64,000 nucleotides of DNA from Lysobacter spongiicola DSM 21749 (GCF_900167055.1 NZ_FUXP01000005.1:55003-119002); one strand, 5' to 3'; positions 12,270-21,601 are shown, numbered from the stretch's first letter. Notes: generated by a model not told the origin, from the letters alone. Numbers and translations are program-made.

Positions 12270-13328
12270 CTAGCCGCTTGGTCCTGACAGCGGTCCCAGC
12301 TGGCGGTCGGTCCTGGCCGGCGGCCCCGAGGCCTCCATCTCGGCCAGCCATTGCCCGATCAGCCAGCGGGCGATGGAGATGGGCGCCGACAGCAGCGGAC
12401 CACCGTCGTCGATCTCGTCGCGTGCCGCGGCCGCGCGGATCTCTTCCACGGTGAACCAGCGCGCCTCCTCCAGCTCGTCGTGCACGCGCGGTTCGGCTGC
12501 CTCGGCAAGGGCGATGAAACCCAGCATCAGCGCGCCGGGAAACGGCCACGGCTGGGACGCGAGATACCGGCACGCGCGGATGCGGATGCCGGATTCTTCC
12601 AGCACCTCGCGCGCCACGGTCTGTTCAAGTGTTTCGCCCGGCTCGACGAAACCCGCCAGTACCGAGTACCGGCGCGCAGGCCAGCCGGCCTGTCGCCCCA
12701 GCAACAACCGCTTGCCGTCTGTCACCGCAACAATGACCGCGGGATCGGTGCGCGGGTAGTGCTCCAGCGCGCATGCCCCGCAGCGCCCGAGCCAGCCGCC
12801 GCGCTCGAAGGCCAGCTCGCCACCACAGGCCCCGCAGTGGCGGTGCCGCCTGCGCCAGTGCTGCAGCGCGCGCGCCTGGGCGAACACGGCGGCCTCGAAA
12901 GCCGGCCAACGTGCGGCGGCGCTGCGGAGGTCGAGGCGGCCCGCAAGGGTGACCGAAGTGACCTGCGCATCCAGCGCGAACCAGCCGGTCCCGTCTGAAT
13001 CGACACCCAGGAAGATCGCCAGTCCGGGGCCACCCGGGCCAGCGCTGATATCGACGCCGTGCAGCACCGGCATCTGCCCGTCGTCATCGGTGACCGCAAG
13101 GCCCTCGTCATCCAGCAGCAGTACCCGCGCCCGCGGCCACAGTGCCGCCAGGCCGGCCTTGTCTTCGCGCAGGAGGTCGGCCCGGTCGAGCGCCCCGCGG
13201 CATGACGGATCGTCTTCCAGCGGCAACCAACCGCTGCCCCGGAGCAGCGTCCCGTACGCCTCCTGCTCTACGAACGCGAAGGGCCGGGGGATATCCGCCA
13301 CCGGCTCAGGCGGTGAAGGAGGAGCCAC
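12270..13328 (-). CDS. nudC: NAD+ diphosphatase (NADH pyrophosphatase), Nudix + zinc ribbon
   Basis: CGxCG...CxxC zinc ribbon followed by the Nudix box [22 protein letters not shown] and a QPWPFP motif. The exact start is uncertain, because the longest ORF overlaps the erpA 3' end by 23 nt. Confidence 0.8.
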   Translation of the reverse strand: MAPPSPPEPVADIPRPFAFVEQEAYGTLLRGSGWLPLEDDPSCRGALDRADLLREDKAGLAALWPRARVLLLDDEGLAVTDDDGQMPVLHGVDISAGPGGPGLAIFLGVDSDGTGWFALDAQVTSVTLAGRLDLRSAAARWPAFEAAVFAQARALQHWRRRHRHCGACGGELAFERGGWLGRCGACALEHYPRTDPAVIVAVTDGKRLLLGRQAGWPARRYSVLAGFVEPGETLEQTVAREVLEESGIRIRACRYLASQPWPFPGALMLGFIALAEAAEPRVHDELEEARWFTVEEIRAAAARDEIDDGGPLLSAPISIARWLIGQWLAEMEASGPPARTDRQLGPLSGPSG

Positions 13329-13695
13329 AGCCGCAGGTGGTCTTCGCGTTCGGATTGCGAATGACGAACTGCGCGCCGTGCAGGCTCTCGGTGTAGTCGA
13401 CCTCGGCGCCCATCAGGTACTGCAGGCTCAGCGGGTCGACCAGCAGCGTCACGCCGTCCGTCCGCACGGCGAGGTCGTCCTCGCCCTGCTCCTCGTCGAA
13501 CTCGAAGCCGTACTGGAACCCGGAGCAACCGCCGCCCTGGATGTAGACGCGCAGCTTGAGTGCGTCGTTGCCTTCTTCGCTGATCAGCTCACGGACCTTG
13601 GCCGCAGCCGCCGACGTGAACTGCAGTGGCTGGTCGAGGCTCTGGTAGCCCGGCTCTTCAGGAGCGCCGGGCAGCGGGATGACGGAACTTTCCAT
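13306..13695 (-). CDS. erpA: iron-sulfur cluster insertion protein (HesB/IscA family)
   Basis: 129 aa with the C-terminal CGCGSSF motif and the GGGCSGFQY core. Confidence 0.9.
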   Translation of the reverse strand: MESSVIPLPGAPEEPGYQSLDQPLQFTSAAAAKVRELISEEGNDALKLRVYIQGGGCSGFQYGFEFDEEQGEDDLAVRTDGVTLLVDPLSLQYLMGAEVDYTESLHGAQFVIRNPNAKTTCGCGSSFTA

Positions 13696-13749
13696 GCGGT
13701 GAGGATGGGGGGCCGGGCCGCTGCAATCAAGCGGCGCCGGCGGGATGGT

Positions 13750-14469
13750 TCATTCCGCCGGGGCGGCGATCGCGGGCGCGCTGGACCGGGTTGCGTCGGC
13801 CCAGGTGAAGGACTGTTCGGTCGCCCGGCCACTGCGGGGCTGCAGCCGCACGGTGACGCGCACCGGATTGAAGTCCTCCGGCAGGAAAACGTCGCCCTCC
13901 ACCTGCTGGAAATATTTGAAGGAATAATCCTTCGGAGGTGCGTCCTCCTGCTGGCGCAACGCGTCCCAGTCCAGCGTTTCCAGCCGCCCGTCCCGCGAAC
14001 CTTCGATCGAAACGGTCAGGTCGCCGCTGCTGACGGCACCGCGGTTGAGGTTCTGGGTCAGCGTGGTCTGGAAGTGCCACGCGCTCTCGTTGGGCACCAT
14101 GTTGAGCGCATGCACGCTCAGTCCGCGGCGCTGCGCGGTGGCGCCCACCAGGCGCTCGTAGAACGCGACATCGGCACGAAGGCCCGCGATCTCCTCGTCC
14201 CGTTCCGACAACGTGCCCTGCAGGTCGCGATTGGCGTCGCGGCTGATCTGGTCGGAACGCGACAGGGTCGCCACGCGCTGCTGGAGCTCCTCGTGTTCAC
14301 CCCGGAGCCGCTCCAGGGCGCGCCTGCTGTCGGCCAGCTGGGCGCGCACGTCCGCCGACGCGGGAGACACCACCCGCCACAGCCCCCAGCCGCCAAAGAC
14401 CAGGGCGGCAACGAACACGCCCGCAACCGCGAGGCGCAGCTTCCGCTGGTTGGATCCAGTCTGGGTCAT
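13750..14469 (-). CDS. membrane-anchored coiled-coil protein, paralog A (bactofilin-associated)
   Basis: N-terminal TM, coiled coil and a conserved C-terminal domain (FYERL...LTQNL.RGAVS.G.L..SIEG.RDG.L). It is about 50% identical to ORF 14950-15678. Confidence 0.6.
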   Translation of the reverse strand: MTQTGSNQRKLRLAVAGVFVAALVFGGWGLWRVVSPASADVRAQLADSRRALERLRGEHEELQQRVATLSRSDQISRDANRDLQGTLSERDEEIAGLRADVAFYERLVGATAQRRGLSVHALNMVPNESAWHFQTTLTQNLNRGAVSSGDLTVSIEGSRDGRLETLDWDALRQQEDAPPKDYSFKYFQQVEGDVFLPEDFNPVRVTVRLQPRSGRATEQSFTWADATRSSAPAIAAPAE

Positions 14470-14522
14470 GGGCGGCCCGCCATCTGAACAGGCCGCCAGA
14501 CTACAACGCCCGGCTGGACCGG

Positions 14523-14948
14523 TCAGCTGCCAACGCTACGCAGCGCGTGCACCGCTTCAGGTTCGTCGACATCCGCGGCGCGCTTGCCGGCTTCCACGTG
14601 CAGCAGGCGGCCCGACAGCACCGAACCGGCCGCCATTTCCACCACCTTGTAGTGCACGTTGCCTTCCACCCGGGCCTTGGCGCCCATCTCCACGCGCTCG
14701 CTGGCGAACACATCGCCGTCGACCCGGCCGTGGATGACGATCACCGGTGCGTGGATCTCGCCCTCGACACTGCCATTGTCGGCCAGCGTCAGGATCGCCT
14801 TCTGGCCCTCCTCGGCGATGAGCTTTCCGACGATGCGGCCCTCCACGTAGAGGCCCCCGCTGAAGTGGAAGTCGCCGTTGATCACCACTTGCGGTCCGAT
14901 CAGCGTGTCGATCTGCCCTTCGGGCATGGTGGGCTTGCTCTTGAACAT
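14523..14948 (-). CDS. bactofilin (CcmA/DUF583 family)
   Basis: Beta-helical repeat pattern (VVINGDFHFSGGLYVEGRIVGKL...HGRVDGDV...VEGNVHYK). ATG is 1 nt after the stop of the upstream paralog B. Confidence 0.85.
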   Translation of the reverse strand: MFKSKPTMPEGQIDTLIGPQVVINGDFHFSGGLYVEGRIVGKLIAEEGQKAILTLADNGSVEGEIHAPVIVIHGRVDGDVFASERVEMGAKARVEGNVHYKVVEMAAGSVLSGRLLHVEAGKRAADVDEPEAVHALRSVGS

Positions 14949-14949
14949 G

Positions 14950-15678
14950 TCAGGTATCCCCGGTGGCTGGAGGTTGCACCCAGGCAATGGCCTGGTCGAG
15001 TGAAGCATCGCGGCCGCGCAACGAGACCCGCACCCGCTGGGGCGTGAACCCCGCCGGGAGCATCACGCTGCCATCGAGCTGCTGGAAATATCGGAATGAA
15101 TACGCCTGTGCCGGCGCGCCCTTGCGTTGTTTCAGGTCGTCCCAGCCGATGGTGGCGAGTTTGCCGTCGCGCACGCCCTCGATCGAGAAGCTCAACTTGC
15201 CGGCGCTGACGGCGCCACGCTCCAGGTTCTGGGTCAGGACGATCTGGTAACGCCAGGTGCCGGCGTCCTCGGCAACGAATTCGGCCGAGTGCACGTTGAG
15301 CCCCCGCGGCTTGCCTTCGCCAGCGGCCAGGCGCTCATAGAAGGCAAGGTTCTCGCGCAGGTCGGCGATTTCCTCGTCGCGCTCCGCCAACGCCTGCTGC
15401 ACCTTTCGGTTGGCTGCGCGGCTGATCTGGTCGGAGCGCTCCAGCGTGGCCTGGCGCTGGCGCAGCGCCTCCAGCTCGCTCTCCGCCGCTTCCAGCGCCT
15501 GTCGCGCCTGGCGCGGATCCCCGGCCAGACCAGGGACCGTGGGAGCGGCGATCCAGCTGGCGGCCAACCAGGCGGCGGCGAGGGTGATCGACCACGCCAG
15601 CGCCAGCAGGACCCATGCGAGATAGCCGCGCCGCTGGCGCGGCACGATGACGTAACCGGAATGACTGCGACTGCCCAT
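14950..15678 (-). CDS. membrane-anchored coiled-coil protein, paralog B (bactofilin-associated)
   Basis: Paralog of 13750-14469. Start chosen at the internal MGSRSHSG preceding the TM helix. The longest ORF extends to 16128 but is Arg/Gly-rich junk. Confidence 0.6.
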   Translation of the reverse strand: MGSRSHSGYVIVPRQRRGYLAWVLLALAWSITLAAAWLAASWIAAPTVPGLAGDPRQARQALEAAESELEALRQRQATLERSDQISRAANRKVQQALAERDEEIADLRENLAFYERLAAGEGKPRGLNVHSAEFVAEDAGTWRYQIVLTQNLERGAVSAGKLSFSIEGVRDGKLATIGWDDLKQRKGAPAQAYSFRYFQQLDGSVMLPAGFTPQRVRVSLRGRDASLDQAIAWVQPPATGDT

Positions 15679-15777
15679 TGCTCCCCAACTCGCCTGTCGT
15701 CTCCGGCGCTGCGCGAGGCGCGGTGCCGGGTGGCGGCCCCCCCTATACTCCGACCCGGAGTCTAGCGAGGAACGGCC

Positions 15778-16359
15778 GTGTCTGATGCGCACCTGTTCGC
15801 AGTTGGCGTAGTGTTGGCCTGGCTGGCCGGCATCCGGGTCTACCTGACCGTCTTCGGCGTGGGCTTGGCCGGGTTCTTCGGTTGGCTGGACCTGCCCCAG
15901 GCGCTGGAGGTCACCGCTTCGCCCTGGGTGCTGGGAGTCTCGGGCGTGCTGGCCGTCGCCGAGTTCTTCGCCGACAAGATACCGGGCGTCGACTCGGGCT
16001 GGGACCTCGCCCACACGCTGCTGCGCATCCCCGCCGGTGCTTTCCTCGCGGCGGCCACGCTGTCGCCCGATGGTGACCTCGCAACCGGCGCACTGGTCGG
16101 GGGTGCGGGGCTCGCCCTCACCAGCCACGCCCTCAAGGCCGGGTCGCGGGCGCTGCTCAATACGTCGCCGGAGCCGGTGACCAACTGGACGGCCTCCGTC
16201 AGCGAAGACGTCGCCGCGCTTGGCGGGCTGGCACTGGTGTTCACCTACCCCTGGGTAGCGCTGGGACTGCTGCTGGCGATCGCCCTGGCGGTCGCGTTGG
16301 CGCTCGGCTGGGCCTGGCGAAAACTGTTCCGGCGCCGCTCCCGTACCACGCCCCTGTAG
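15778..16359 (+). CDS. DUF4126-family membrane protein
   Basis: FFADKIPGVDSGWD motif and 4-5 TM helices. The stop TAG lies inside the REP element. Confidence 0.6.
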   Translation: MSDAHLFAVGVVLAWLAGIRVYLTVFGVGLAGFFGWLDLPQALEVTASPWVLGVSGVLAVAEFFADKIPGVDSGWDLAHTLLRIPAGAFLAAATLSPDGDLATGALVGGAGLALTSHALKAGSRALLNTSPEPVTNWTASVSEDVAALGGLALVFTYPWVALGLLLAIALAVALALGWAWRKLFRRRSRTTPL

Positions 16360-16432
16360 GAGCGGCTTCAGCCGCGATCTGCCGTGGCCGTTCCGCGCCG
16401 ATCAACCGATCGCGGCTGAAGCCGCTCCTACA
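16355..16432. repeat. GTAG-type palindromic REP
   Basis: Same arms as at 1418. The GTAG supplies the TAG stop of the DUF4126 gene. Confidence 0.9.
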
Positions 16433-16437
16433 GATGC

Positions 16438-16908
16438 TCAGCCTTCGATCTGGCGGGCGAGGTAGTTCTGCTCGCCGATGCGTTCGATCAGCTCCAGCTG
16501 GGTCTCGATCCAGTCAACATGTTCCTCTTCGGATTCGAGGATGTCGGCGAACAGCTTGCGGCTCACGTAGTCGTTGACCTGTTCGCAATGCGCCACTGCT
16601 TCGCGCAGCAGGGGAATAGCTTCGAGCTCCAGCGCCAGGTCGCAGGTCAGGATCTCGCGCGGACCTTCGCCGATGCGCAGCTTGCCCAGCGCCTGGAAGT
16701 TCGGCAGCCCCTCGAGGAACAGGATGCGCTCGGACAGCTGGTCCGCATGCTTCATCTCGTCGATCGACTCGTGGTACTCGTGGTCGGCCAGTTCCTTCAG
16801 GCCCCAGTTCTTCAGCATCTTGGCGTGCAGGAAGTACTGGTTGATCGCGACCAACTCGTTGTAGAGGGCCTTGTTGAGGAATTCGATGACCTTGGCGTCG
16901 CCTTTCAT
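16438..16908 (-). CDS. bfr: bacterioferritin
   Basis: [15 protein letters not shown]...[15 protein letters not shown] ferritin-like di-iron motifs. Met for heme binding present. Confidence 0.95.
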   Translation of the reverse strand: MKGDAKVIEFLNKALYNELVAINQYFLHAKMLKNWGLKELADHEYHESIDEMKHADQLSERILFLEGLPNFQALGKLRIGEGPREILTCDLALELEAIPLLREAVAHCEQVNDYVSRKLFADILESEEEHVDWIETQLELIERIGEQNYLARQIEG

Positions 16909-17023
16909 CGCCATTTCTCCTGATGCGGGAATGCCGCCACTCTAACGGCCCGGGCCGATCGGTGATGAAACGCGAATCGAGTGCAGGCGCGGATGCGAAT
17001 CAGCCGCGAGGGCGCACGGCTCG

Positions 17024-17221
17024 TCAGGCGGCGCGCAGGACCTGCAGGGGGAGCTCCCGTGCGTGCACTTCTTCAAGCAGGGCGGTGGCCGCCTCCACGC
17101 AACTGCCGCAGGAGGATCCCGCGCCGGTGCGCATGGTGAGCTCGGCCATGGTCTGGCAACCGGCTTCCGCGGCTTCGCGGATGTCGTGGTCGGTCACTCC
17201 GTTGCAGATGCAGATGTACAC
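17024..17221 (-). CDS. bfd: bacterioferritin-associated ferredoxin (2Fe-2S)
   Basis: 65 aa with MYICICNGVTD and a CGSC motif. Confidence 0.9.
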   Translation of the reverse strand: MYICICNGVTDHDIREAAEAGCQTMAELTMRTGAGSSCGSCVEAATALLEEVHARELPLQVLRAA

Positions 17222-17250
17222 GGCAATGGACGGTCTGGCAGCCGGATCGC

Positions 17251-17291
17251 TGCAATCGCGATTGCACTACGGATGAGAATGATTGTCAATC
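17251..17291. promoter_or_regulatory. bfd promoter region: perfect 16-bp palindrome TGCAATCGCGATTGCA plus a Fur-box-like GAGAATGATTGTCAATC
   Basis: The Fur-box-like site is at 17275-17291 and the palindrome at 17251-17266. Both are immediately upstream of the bfd start at 17221. Confidence 0.55.
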
Positions 17292-17885
17292 AGGAGACCT
17301 GAACGCCTTGCCCGCCGAAGGTCTCTGTCCGGGATGCCGCGGCCTCTGGCGATGCCAGCTGCCAGTGGCGCGCATGTCGGGCGCCGGCAGCGGCACCGCC
17401 TGGTCGCCGACCACGCGCTGCGCGACGGGGGCCAGATGGCGCAGCGCACGCGCATAGACACCGCGCTTGAACACCACGACATGTTCCACCGGATACCAGA
17501 AATCCACCCACCGCCAGTGATCGAACTCGGGCTTCTCGGTCAGGTCCAGCTGCAGGTCGGTTTCCTGTCCGGTCAGGCGCAGCAGGAACCAGACCTGCTT
17601 CTGGCCGATGCAGACCAGCCGGTCATTGCGGCGGATCGCACGCTGCGGCAGGCGGTAGCGGAGCCAGCCCGGCGTCTCGCCCAGGACCTCGACATGCTCG
17701 GGCAGCAATCCCGTCTCTTCGCGCAGCTCCCGGTACATCGCCTCTATCGGCGTCTCGTCGGTGTTCATGCCGCCTTGAGGGAACTGCCAGCCATCGCGAT
17801 GCACCCGCCGCGCCCAGAAAAGCCGCCCATCGGGGTGCATCAACACGATGCCTACGTTTGGCCTGTAGCCGTCCGGATCTATCAC
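17286..17885 (-). CDS. rppH: RNA pyrophosphohydrolase (Nudix)
   Basis: [16 protein letters not shown]-terminus and the Nudix box [22 protein letters not shown]. Confidence 0.9.
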   Translation of the reverse strand: MIDPDGYRPNVGIVLMHPDGRLFWARRVHRDGWQFPQGGMNTDETPIEAMYRELREETGLLPEHVEVLGETPGWLRYRLPQRAIRRNDRLVCIGQKQVWFLLRLTGQETDLQLDLTEKPEFDHWRWVDFWYPVEHVVVFKRGVYARALRHLAPVAQRVVGDQAVPLPAPDMRATGSWHRQRPRHPGQRPSAGKAFRSPD

Positions 17886-18026
17886 GACGCGGACTCCCGG
17901 ATCGCCTGACTTGCGTCACTTCACCCGACTCTGCCACGGGGTGGATGATCGGACAAGCGAGCCACGGCGGATGGCGCGCCGGATTGACAGCAGCGCCGGG
18001 AACAGGAAAAATTGGCGGTTCCCCGT

Positions 18027-18103
18027 GGCTATGTAGCTCAGCCGGTTAGAGCACAGCACTCATAATGCTGGGGTCGGTGGTTCGAGTCCACCCATAGCCA
18101 CCA
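18027..18103 (+). tRNA. tRNA-Met (CAU), elongator type
   Basis: GGCTATG/CATAGCC acceptor stem, anticodon loop CTCATAA, a G1-C72 pair and a 3' CCA. It is near-identical to the E. coli metT/U pattern. Confidence 0.9.
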
Positions 18104-18121
18104 TTCGGGAACGCCCGCAAG

Positions 18122-18144
18122 CCCGCGATTTCGCGGGTTTTTTT
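18122..18144 (+). terminator. rho-independent terminator
   Basis: CCCGCGatttCGCGGG hairpin followed by T7. Confidence 0.8.
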
Positions 18145-18227
18145 GTGCCCGCGGCAGTGGCTCTGGCTTGCCGGTGCGATCACGCGGGCGCTGGGAGACT
18201 CGGTGGCAGGCCAATCCGGAGCACGCC

Positions 18228-18605
18228 ATGACCTCCTCCGTCGGACGCACCTGCTGGGCGATCGCCGAGGGCTACATCCCCGGCTGGAGCAACGGCCCGG
18301 AACCGCAGCTGGAAAGCCACGAGACCTGCTGCATCCTCAATGCGGGGGATCGACCCGCCAACGTCGAGCTGACCATCTACTTCGCGGACCGCGGACCTGC
18401 CGGACCCTACAAGGTACGGGTGGATGCCAGCAGGACCACCCACCTGCGCTTCAACGAGCTCGAGGACCCGGAGCCGGTCCCGACGGACACCCCGTTCGCC
18501 AGCCTCATCCGGTCGGACGTCCCGATCGTGGTGCAGCACACCCGGCTGGATTCGCGCCAGGCCGAAAACGCACTCATGACGACCATGGCGTTTCCCGTGG
18601 ATTGA
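18228..18605 (+). CDS. sensory-rhodopsin-transducer (ASRT) family protein
   Basis: GRTCWAIAEGYIP...GPEP...SHET.CILNAGD...VQHTRLDSRQAENAL matches the Anabaena ASRT fold signature as I recall it. No rhodopsin gene is nearby. Confidence 0.6.
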   Translation: MTSSVGRTCWAIAEGYIPGWSNGPEPQLESHETCCILNAGDRPANVELTIYFADRGPAGPYKVRVDASRTTHLRFNELEDPEPVPTDTPFASLIRSDVPIVVQHTRLDSRQAENALMTTMAFPVD

Positions 18606-18687
18606 CGCGGAGCTTCGGATTTCTTGACCCCGGCTTCATGCGGTGCGGACTAACTTGAATCCCCGCATAGAACCAAGGAGGTGCGCC

Positions 18688-18960
18688 GTGCGAAGGGCTG
18701 GTGACAAGTCCGACGGTGCTGGTCCAGCCGATGCTGCCAGAACCGCGGCCAGCATGTTGGGAATCGAGGCAAGAGCCTATTTCGGGGGCAAGACGTGGCC
18801 GGAGATCGTCCCGGCACTGAGCAATTGCTGGCGGCGCAACTACGCGGCCAAGCACGGGGACTGGGCGCTGGTGGCGCCGGTGGCTTACGACGCCTGGAGC
18901 TACAAGGGCGCCCGTGAAGTCCTGACGCCTGATCCGTCTTACGGTGAGGTCGCATCGTGA
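18688..18960 (+). CDS. hypothetical small protein
   Basis: A GTG sits 7 nt after an AAGGAGG RBS. There are no recognisable motifs. Confidence 0.3.
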   Translation: MRRAGDKSDGAGPADAARTAASMLGIEARAYFGGKTWPEIVPALSNCWRRNYAAKHGDWALVAPVAYDAWSYKGAREVLTPDPSYGEVAS

Positions 18961-19157
18961 ACGAACGCGCCGCGGGCTGGCAGGAAGCGCCGGCCGCGGC
19001 GATCGGCTTTGCGGCCTCGCTTGACGTGGAACGCCCACCCCGACTTTTCAGCCTGCCGCCCGACCTCCACGCAGGTCGGGCAACCAACGCCGCCTCTTTT
19101 GACCACACGCTGCTGGCTGAAGCAATGCGAGATCCGGACGACCACGGCGACTGGTAG
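18957..19157 (+). CDS. hypothetical small protein
   Basis: ORF overlapping the stop of the previous one (GTGA). Coding status is uncertain. Confidence 0.2.
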   Translation: MNERAAGWQEAPAAAIGFAASLDVERPPRLFSLPPDLHAGRATNAASFDHTLLAEAMRDPDDHGDW

Positions 19158-19198
19158 ACGCATTACCCCTAAGGCCATTGCGCCGTAGTGGCTTGTTT

Positions 19199-19212
19199 TT
19201 GATCGACATCAA
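19199..19212 (+). promoter_or_regulatory. FNR/anaerobox TTGATCGACATCAA
   Basis: Perfect TTGAT-N4-ATCAA centred about 43 bp upstream of the hemN ATG. Confidence 0.75.
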
Positions 19213-19247
19213 GAAGGTCCCGCCGCAGGCTGCGTAGCCTGCGGTCC

Positions 19248-20645
19248 ATGGCCAGACTCCCCGCATTCGACGCTGCGCTGCTCAAGCGCTACGACCGTCC
19301 CGGTCCCCGCTACACGTCCTACCCGACCGCGCCGCAGTTCTCCTCGGCGTTCGGCGAGGCGGAGCTGCGCGACTGCGCGGCAGCGAGCAACGGCGACCCG
19401 ATCCCCAGGCGGCTGTCGCTGTACGTGCACGTGCCGTTCTGCATGAGCCCGTGCTTCTACTGCGGGTGCAACCGCATCATCACCCGCGACCTAGGCCGCG
19501 GCGAGACCTACCTGGTCCGCCTGTACCGCGAGATCGCGATGATGGCCGAGCTGTTCGACCGCGATCGCGAGGTCATCCAGCTGCACTTCGGCGGCGGCAC
19601 GCCCAACTTCCTCTCTCCCGCGCAACTGGGCGAGGTGGTGGAAACGTTGCGCAGCCACTTCCATTTCTCCGACTCGCGCGATCGCGACCTGTCGATCGAG
19701 CTGGATCCGCGCTTCGTCACCCCGGCCGATGTCGCCGAGCTGGCCGCGATCGGCTTCAACCGTGCCAGCCTGGGAGTGCAGGATTTCGATCCGGTCGTGC
19801 AGCAGGCGGTCAACCGCATCCAGAGCGTCGAGGAGACCGTGGCGATCATCGAGGCCTGCCGCGAGCACGGCTTCCGGTCGGTCAACGTCGATCTCATCTA
19901 CGGCCTACCCAAGCAGAACCCGGAAGGCTTCTCTCGCACGCTGGATACGGTGGCGCAGGCGCGGCCGGATCGACTGGCCGTCTACAGCTACGCCCACCTG
20001 CCGGCGATGTTCAAGCCGCAGCGGCAGATCGACGAGGCCGACCTGCCGACGCCCGAGGTCAAGCTCGGGCTGCTGCAGATGGCGATCGAAAAGCTCACTG
20101 CCGCTGGTTATGCCTACATCGGCATGGACCACTTCGCCCTGCCCGACGACGACCTCGCCACCGCGCAGGATCGTGGTGGGTTGCACCGCAACTTCATGGG
20201 CTACACCACCCACGCCGACACCGACCTGGTGGGTCTTGGCGTCAGTGCGATCAGCCACATCGGCGACAGTTTCAGCCAGAACCCGAGGGACCTGCCGAGC
20301 TGGCAGATCGCGCTCGACGAGGGCCGCCTGCCGGTCTTCCGGGGCATGCGCCTGACCGAGGACGACCAGCTGCGGGCGGACCTGATCCAGAGCCTGATGT
20401 GCCAGGGCGAGATCCCGATCGATGCCCTTGAGCGCCGCTACCTGATTGATTTTGCCGACTATTTCGCCGATGCGCTGGACAAGTTGCACCCGCTCGTGGA
20501 GGACGGCCTGGTACGTGTCGAGGAGAAAAGGATCGTCGCGACGTCGCGCGGACGGCTGTTGCTGCGTAACATGGCGATGTGCTTCGACCGATACCTAGAC
20601 CCCTCCCCGGCCCCGGCCACCCCCCGATTCTCCCGCGCGATCTGA
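19248..20645 (+). CDS. hemN: oxygen-independent coproporphyrinogen III oxidase
   Basis: Radical-SAM CxxxCxxC motif (FCMSPCFYCGC) and a HemN C-terminal domain. 465 aa. Confidence 0.9.
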   Translation: MARLPAFDAALLKRYDRPGPRYTSYPTAPQFSSAFGEAELRDCAAASNGDPIPRRLSLYVHVPFCMSPCFYCGCNRIITRDLGRGETYLVRLYREIAMMAELFDRDREVIQLHFGGGTPNFLSPAQLGEVVETLRSHFHFSDSRDRDLSIELDPRFVTPADVAELAAIGFNRASLGVQDFDPVVQQAVNRIQSVEETVAIIEACREHGFRSVNVDLIYGLPKQNPEGFSRTLDTVAQARPDRLAVYSYAHLPAMFKPQRQIDEADLPTPEVKLGLLQMAIEKLTAAGYAYIGMDHFALPDDDLATAQDRGGLHRNFMGYTTHADTDLVGLGVSAISHIGDSFSQNPRDLPSWQIALDEGRLPVFRGMRLTEDDQLRADLIQSLMCQGEIPIDALERRYLIDFADYFADALDKLHPLVEDGLVRVEEKRIVATSRGRLLLRNMAMCFDRYLDPSPAPATPRFSRAI

Positions 20646-20652
20646 CCGCGCA

Positions 20653-21417
20653 GTGGGGGCGCGGGTGAAGCCGACCGCATTCCCGCGGCAGGACGCCCGC
20701 ACCCTGTCCGACGACGGCGACGAGTTCTCGTTCTGTTCGACCTGCGCGTTCTCCCAGGCCTGCATGGCCGAGGGCATGGACAAGCGCTCGCTGATGGACC
20801 TGCACGTGCTGGTCGAGCACATCGGGCCGTTCCATGCCGGTGACCACATCTTCCGCGTCGGCGATCCGTTCGAAGCGATCGCCGCCGTCCGCGCCGGCAC
20901 CGTCAAGACCTACGTGATCGATCGGGACGGCCGCGAGCACGTGCTGGGCTTCTACCTGCCCGGCGAGGTGATCGGCCTCGATGCGATCGACGGCGAGACC
21001 TACCCCTGCAACGCGGTGGCGCTGGACACGGTGATGCTCTGCCGGTTCTCGTTCCCCAAAATCGCCGTGCTGGCCACGCGCCTGCCCGGCCTGCAGAAGC
21101 ATCTGTTCCGGCTGCTGAGCCGCGACATCGGCCGGGCCGCGCTGCTCGCCGGCGACTGGTCCGCCGACCAGCGCATGGCCGCCTTCCTGGTGGGCCTCTC
21201 GCGTCGCCTCGCGGCGCGCGGCTTCTCCCCCAACCGCTTCCAGCTGACGATGGCGCGCACCGACATCGCCAACTACCTGCGCCTGGCGCCGGAGACCGTC
21301 AGCCGGGTGCTGCGCCGGTTCCAGAAGGATGGCCTGCTGGATGTCGACCGGCGCGAGCTGGAGCTGATCGAGCGCGACAAGCTCGAAGACCTTGCCGAGC
21401 CGGTGCTCCGCGCCTGA
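20653..21417 (+). CDS. fnr: FNR/Anr-type transcriptional regulator (Crp/Fnr family)
   Basis: N-terminal Cys cluster FCSTCAFSQAC, a cNMP-binding-like domain and the C-terminal HTH TDIANYLRLAPETVSRVL. Confidence 0.85.
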   Translation: MGARVKPTAFPRQDARTLSDDGDEFSFCSTCAFSQACMAEGMDKRSLMDLHVLVEHIGPFHAGDHIFRVGDPFEAIAAVRAGTVKTYVIDRDGREHVLGFYLPGEVIGLDAIDGETYPCNAVALDTVMLCRFSFPKIAVLATRLPGLQKHLFRLLSRDIGRAALLAGDWSADQRMAAFLVGLSRRLAARGFSPNRFQLTMARTDIANYLRLAPETVSRVLRRFQKDGLLDVDRRELELIERDKLEDLAEPVLRA

Positions 21418-21532
21418 TCGGCCACGCCACGAAGTGGGACCCTCATCTCCTTTTCACATGAAGGGGACGGCATCTGCGTAACCCTCGCCCCGCCATCGCC
21501 TGATCGCGAACGGCATCCCTCGCCACGGCGGC

Positions 21533-21546
21533 TTGACCTGTATCAA
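21533..21546 (+). promoter_or_regulatory. FNR/Dnr-type box TTGACCTGTATCAA
   Basis: TTGAC-N4-ATCAA site upstream of the norB ATG (21602). It coincides with the annotated 'start' of the over-long ORF. Confidence 0.65.
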
Positions 21547-21601
21547 CGCGGTAACCACCGGCAGCCGCGAGCATGCAGCAGCCATTCACGGAGATGACCC
21601 G

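Noticed and set aside
12351-12998. ORFs inside nudC/ampE region on plus strand
   Set aside because: Low-complexity, overlapped by better-supported minus-strand genes.
18027-19247. Genomic island at tRNA-Met
   Set aside because: There is no integrase, no direct repeat of the tRNA 3' end and no strong GC shift. Only a modest cluster of small or odd genes is present. It is kept as a low-key finding, not called a mobile element.
21533-21601. Annotated ORF start MTCINAV... for norB
   Set aside because: The 'start' coincides with the FNR box TTGACCTGTATCAA. The protein more plausibly begins at MGNTRKLW (21602), which precedes the first TM helix.
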